Below, one piece after another: positions 61,652 to 64,000 of a stretch of DNA of 64,000 nucleotides (position 1 is its first letter; the number at the start of each line of letters is the position of its first letter). The stretch spans positions 1,364,001 through 1,428,000 of the forward strand of contig MU008155.1 in the NCBI GenBank assembly GCA_010909165.1. Direction: 5' to 3'. The position numbers were made by a program, and so were the translations under genes. The notes under the pieces are model-generated. The model had not been told where the DNA came from. It made no database searches and saw only the letters and a program-made list of their open reading frames with translations. This DNA comes from Anthoceros angustus (Eukaryota; Plantae; Anthocerotophyta).

Positions 61652-62200
61652 ACCGGTTCCAATGTATTAGGATTCCAGACATCAACTTCATTATGACATG
61701 TGTCATCGGTGCCATTTTGCAATGTGCACATTTAAAAACGTCCGTCTTGCACTGTCATGGCTTCATCCAGGCGCCGGCCAGCCGGTGCCTGCACCTGTTG
61801 TCTCGCTGTGTGTATGCCTCAATTGTGTTGTTCATGACTTAGTCAGGGGCCAAGAATGGTCCATTGTAAGGAGACTGTGATTGCTTTGTGTGATTTAGGT
61901 ACCGAGTGGGTTTCGTCAAAGGGGTTCTGCAACACCGAAAGGGGGTTCGTATATTAACCTCCTTACAGAATTGCCGTGTTGGTTGTTCCCCCATCATCTG
62001 TGGGTAGCCAGCAGTCAGTCTCAACCCAGAGCTGATGGAAGCTGACATGAAATTGACCAGTTAAAGAGCGAACCTTGAAAGACATGGGGGAAATAAGATA
62101 ACGTGGCACTTTCGGGAAGCTAGAGAGAGAGATCACATGAAAGAAGCTTGGTGGAAAGAGGTGCTACAGAGGGAATAGGGTACCAAGTAAGGTGGAGGTA

Positions 62201-62685
62201 CCACTAGAGAGCTGATAGCTAGGGAGCAACCCACCACCCACTAGAGAGCCCCCACTACCCACTAGAGAGCCGATGGGGAACAACCCACTATCCTCTACAG
62301 AGCCAATGGGGGTTCCGATGGGGAACAACCCACCAAAGCACTGATGGGGAACAACCCACTACCCACCATACAACCGATAGGGAACAACCCACTAGAGCAC
62401 CGATGGGGAACAACCCACTACCCACCATGGAGCCGATAGGGAACAACCCACTAGAGGGCCTTAGGCCAAGGGGGGCTAACCCCACGAATGTCGATCCCAC
62501 GCCGATGGGGAACAACACACTAGAGAGCCGATGGGGAACAATCCACAAGAGGGCCGTAGGCCAAGGGGGGCTACCCCACGAATGTCGATCCCGCGCCGAT
62601 GGGGAACAACGCACTAGGGAGCCGATGGGGAACAATCCACAAGAGGGCCGTAGGCCAAGGGGGGCTAGCCCCACGAATGTCGATC
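62201..62685 (-). repeat. Inverted copy of the minisatellite (CCACTAGAGAGCCGATGGGGAACAAC) with a ~90-bp higher-order repeat x3 in its distal half
   Basis: Reverse complement of the 34718-35043 motif; the block GGCC(G/T)TAGGCCAAGGGGGGCTA..CCCCACGAATGTCGATC recurs at ~62457, ~62550 and ~62646. Confidence 0.9.
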
Positions 62686-63360
62686 TTGTAGCTACCTACA
62701 GCTTTACTCCAAGTATGTCGTGGTCTGAGATAAGAAAAGGCTTACCTACGACTTGCACCGATGATGCCACGTCTTATGCGCTCGTTGCCGTCCTATATCA
62801 TAAAATGAGATATGCAGAATCTATGTATTATCGTTAGATGTAGCATCTATGTATTATAGTTTTATAGTTAGATGTGCAACATCTATGTTTCATAAAGATG
62901 AGGCTAGATATACTTAGATGTGCAGTGTCTTTGTGTGATAAAATATGTATGGAGACTTTATAAAAAAGAAGAGATGGGAAATCCCATCCACCCTGAGCCG
63001 ATGGGGAACAACCTTGTTTGCGCACCAACCTTTCACTCGTACCAGTCAATCCTCAGACTATACTCTTGCTCTGGGAATTCTACCGGACTTTGTTTCTCAT
63101 ATATTGGGACAATAATATCTTCGTTGACCTGATGCTCTTGATCCGCGTGCAGTGTGAGAATGAGAGTGGTATGGTCTGCACTTGGAGCTGGGCCCACGCC
63201 AAACGTCTCAAGATTCAAAAGATGCAAAAGGTTCTCACTATTAGTTCAAAGTTTTAACAACTAGAAAAAGATGAAAGCTAAGTCAAGATAAGGACATATC
63301 CACATTAAAGAGGTGCACAAAAAGGGTTGAAAATGCCAAAAGGAACCCTTTAAAACAACA

Positions 63361-63467
63361 AAAATATCAAAATAAATACAAAAAGCCACAAACAAATGCC
63401 AAAATTTTAGGGCAAGTGCGTGCACTTGTCGTAAAATGCGCATTTTTTGTATTTATTTTGATATTTT
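63361..63467. repeat. Perfect 24-bp AT-rich inverted repeat around an internal palindrome
   Basis: AAAATATCAAAATAAATACAAAAA (63361-63384) and TTTTTGTATTTATTTTGATATTTT (63444-63467); CAAGTGC-GT-GCACTTG between them. Confidence 0.85.
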
Positions 63468-63619
63468 AGGGAAAAAAATTACACGCACTTGTCTCAAAAA
63501 CTTGGATTTTTTGTATTTTTTAATTTTTTGCTCTCTTTTTTTCTTTCAATGAACCATATGGGAATGCACTAGGACGCATGAACCGTATGGGTTCATGCCC
63601 TTAGGGCCTTCTTGACCCC

Positions 63620-63905
63620 GGGTGCGCGTACTTTGTGTGCACACATGGGGGCAAGGAGGCCCAGGTGCACACACCTGGGCCTTGTCCCTTGGTGTGTGCA
63701 CAAGTGCGCGCACCTGGGCCCTCGTCCCCTAGTGTGTGCACTTGTTCACCCACCTGGGCCCCATTGCGCCTAGGTGCGCACACCTGGGTCTTCTTGCCCC
63801 CGAGTGTGCAAACATGTTTGCGCACATAGATCTTCTTGCTCATTTTGCGCAAACAAGCTTGCACACTATGATGTTGGGTGTGCAAACAAGTTTGCACACT
63901 TATCT
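63620..63905. repeat. Degenerate GTGCACAC/ACCTGGGCC short-repeat cluster, probably the end of another TE
   Basis: Multiple GTG(T/C)GCAC and CACCTGGG motifs read directly. Confidence 0.55.
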
Positions 63906-64000
63906 CGTGCTATTCGTTTTCTAACAAAGACGCTTGTATAGGATGAACGGGGGACATGCACAATTAGCAGATAACAGACCGTTCTGATTATCTTCACTTC

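Larger units (their letters stand above)
35044..61980. mobile_element. Large TIR DNA transposon (Sola/Chapaev-like) with divergent transposase and ParB/methyltransferase-like genes
   Basis: 30-bp TIRs at 35044-35073 (AACATGGTAATTCTGTAAGGAGGTTAATAT) and 61951-61980 (reverse complement, 28/30 identical); GGTT direct repeat on both flanks (35040-35043, 61981-61984); internal transposase-like gene. Confidence 0.8.

Noticed and set aside
35046-61978. Alternative CAC...GTG termini for the outer transposon
   Set aside because: Gives flanks TTAA / TTGG with no TSD, whereas the 2-bp-longer ends give a GGTT TSD and restore the target motif. Not fully excluded given noisy sequence.
1-64000. tRNA or rRNA genes
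   Set aside because: No cloverleaf or rRNA signature recognised by eye.

Overview
Eukaryotic nuclear DNA from a plant-lineage (streptophyte) genome, probably a non-seed plant or charophyte (inferred from gene families, short spliceosomal introns and TE types). Three blocks. (1) 1-~15.9 kb: a degraded Ty3/gypsy retrotransposon with a candidate non-Met PBS, frameshifted RT-RNaseH-integrase, a 3' accessory ORF and an LTR-like region, followed by an inverted homologue of that accessory ORF. (2) ~16-34.4 kb: a compact gene island with ORP1-type oxysterol-binding protein, DUF639 protein (two GC-AG introns), an intronless GC-rich C2-inositol 5-phosphatase-C2 gene (apparent frameshifts in its 5' part), an HSA32/ComA-like gene, a CCHC zinc-knuckle gene and a SOUL heme-binding gene. 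(3) 34.7-62.7 kb: three nested repeat layers. An inverted minisatellite pair is interrupted by a ~27 kb DNA transposon (30-bp TIRs, GGTT TSD). That element encodes a Sola/Chapaev-like transposase and, divergently, a ParB-like + beta-class DNA amino-methyltransferase-like protein. This second ORF is split by a 14.7 kb CACTA element (15-bp TIRs, CAC TSD). TE regions contain at least nine indel-rich tandem duplications, probably long-read assembly artefacts, so TE ORF reconstructions are provisional. No tRNA, rRNA or CRISPR seen.
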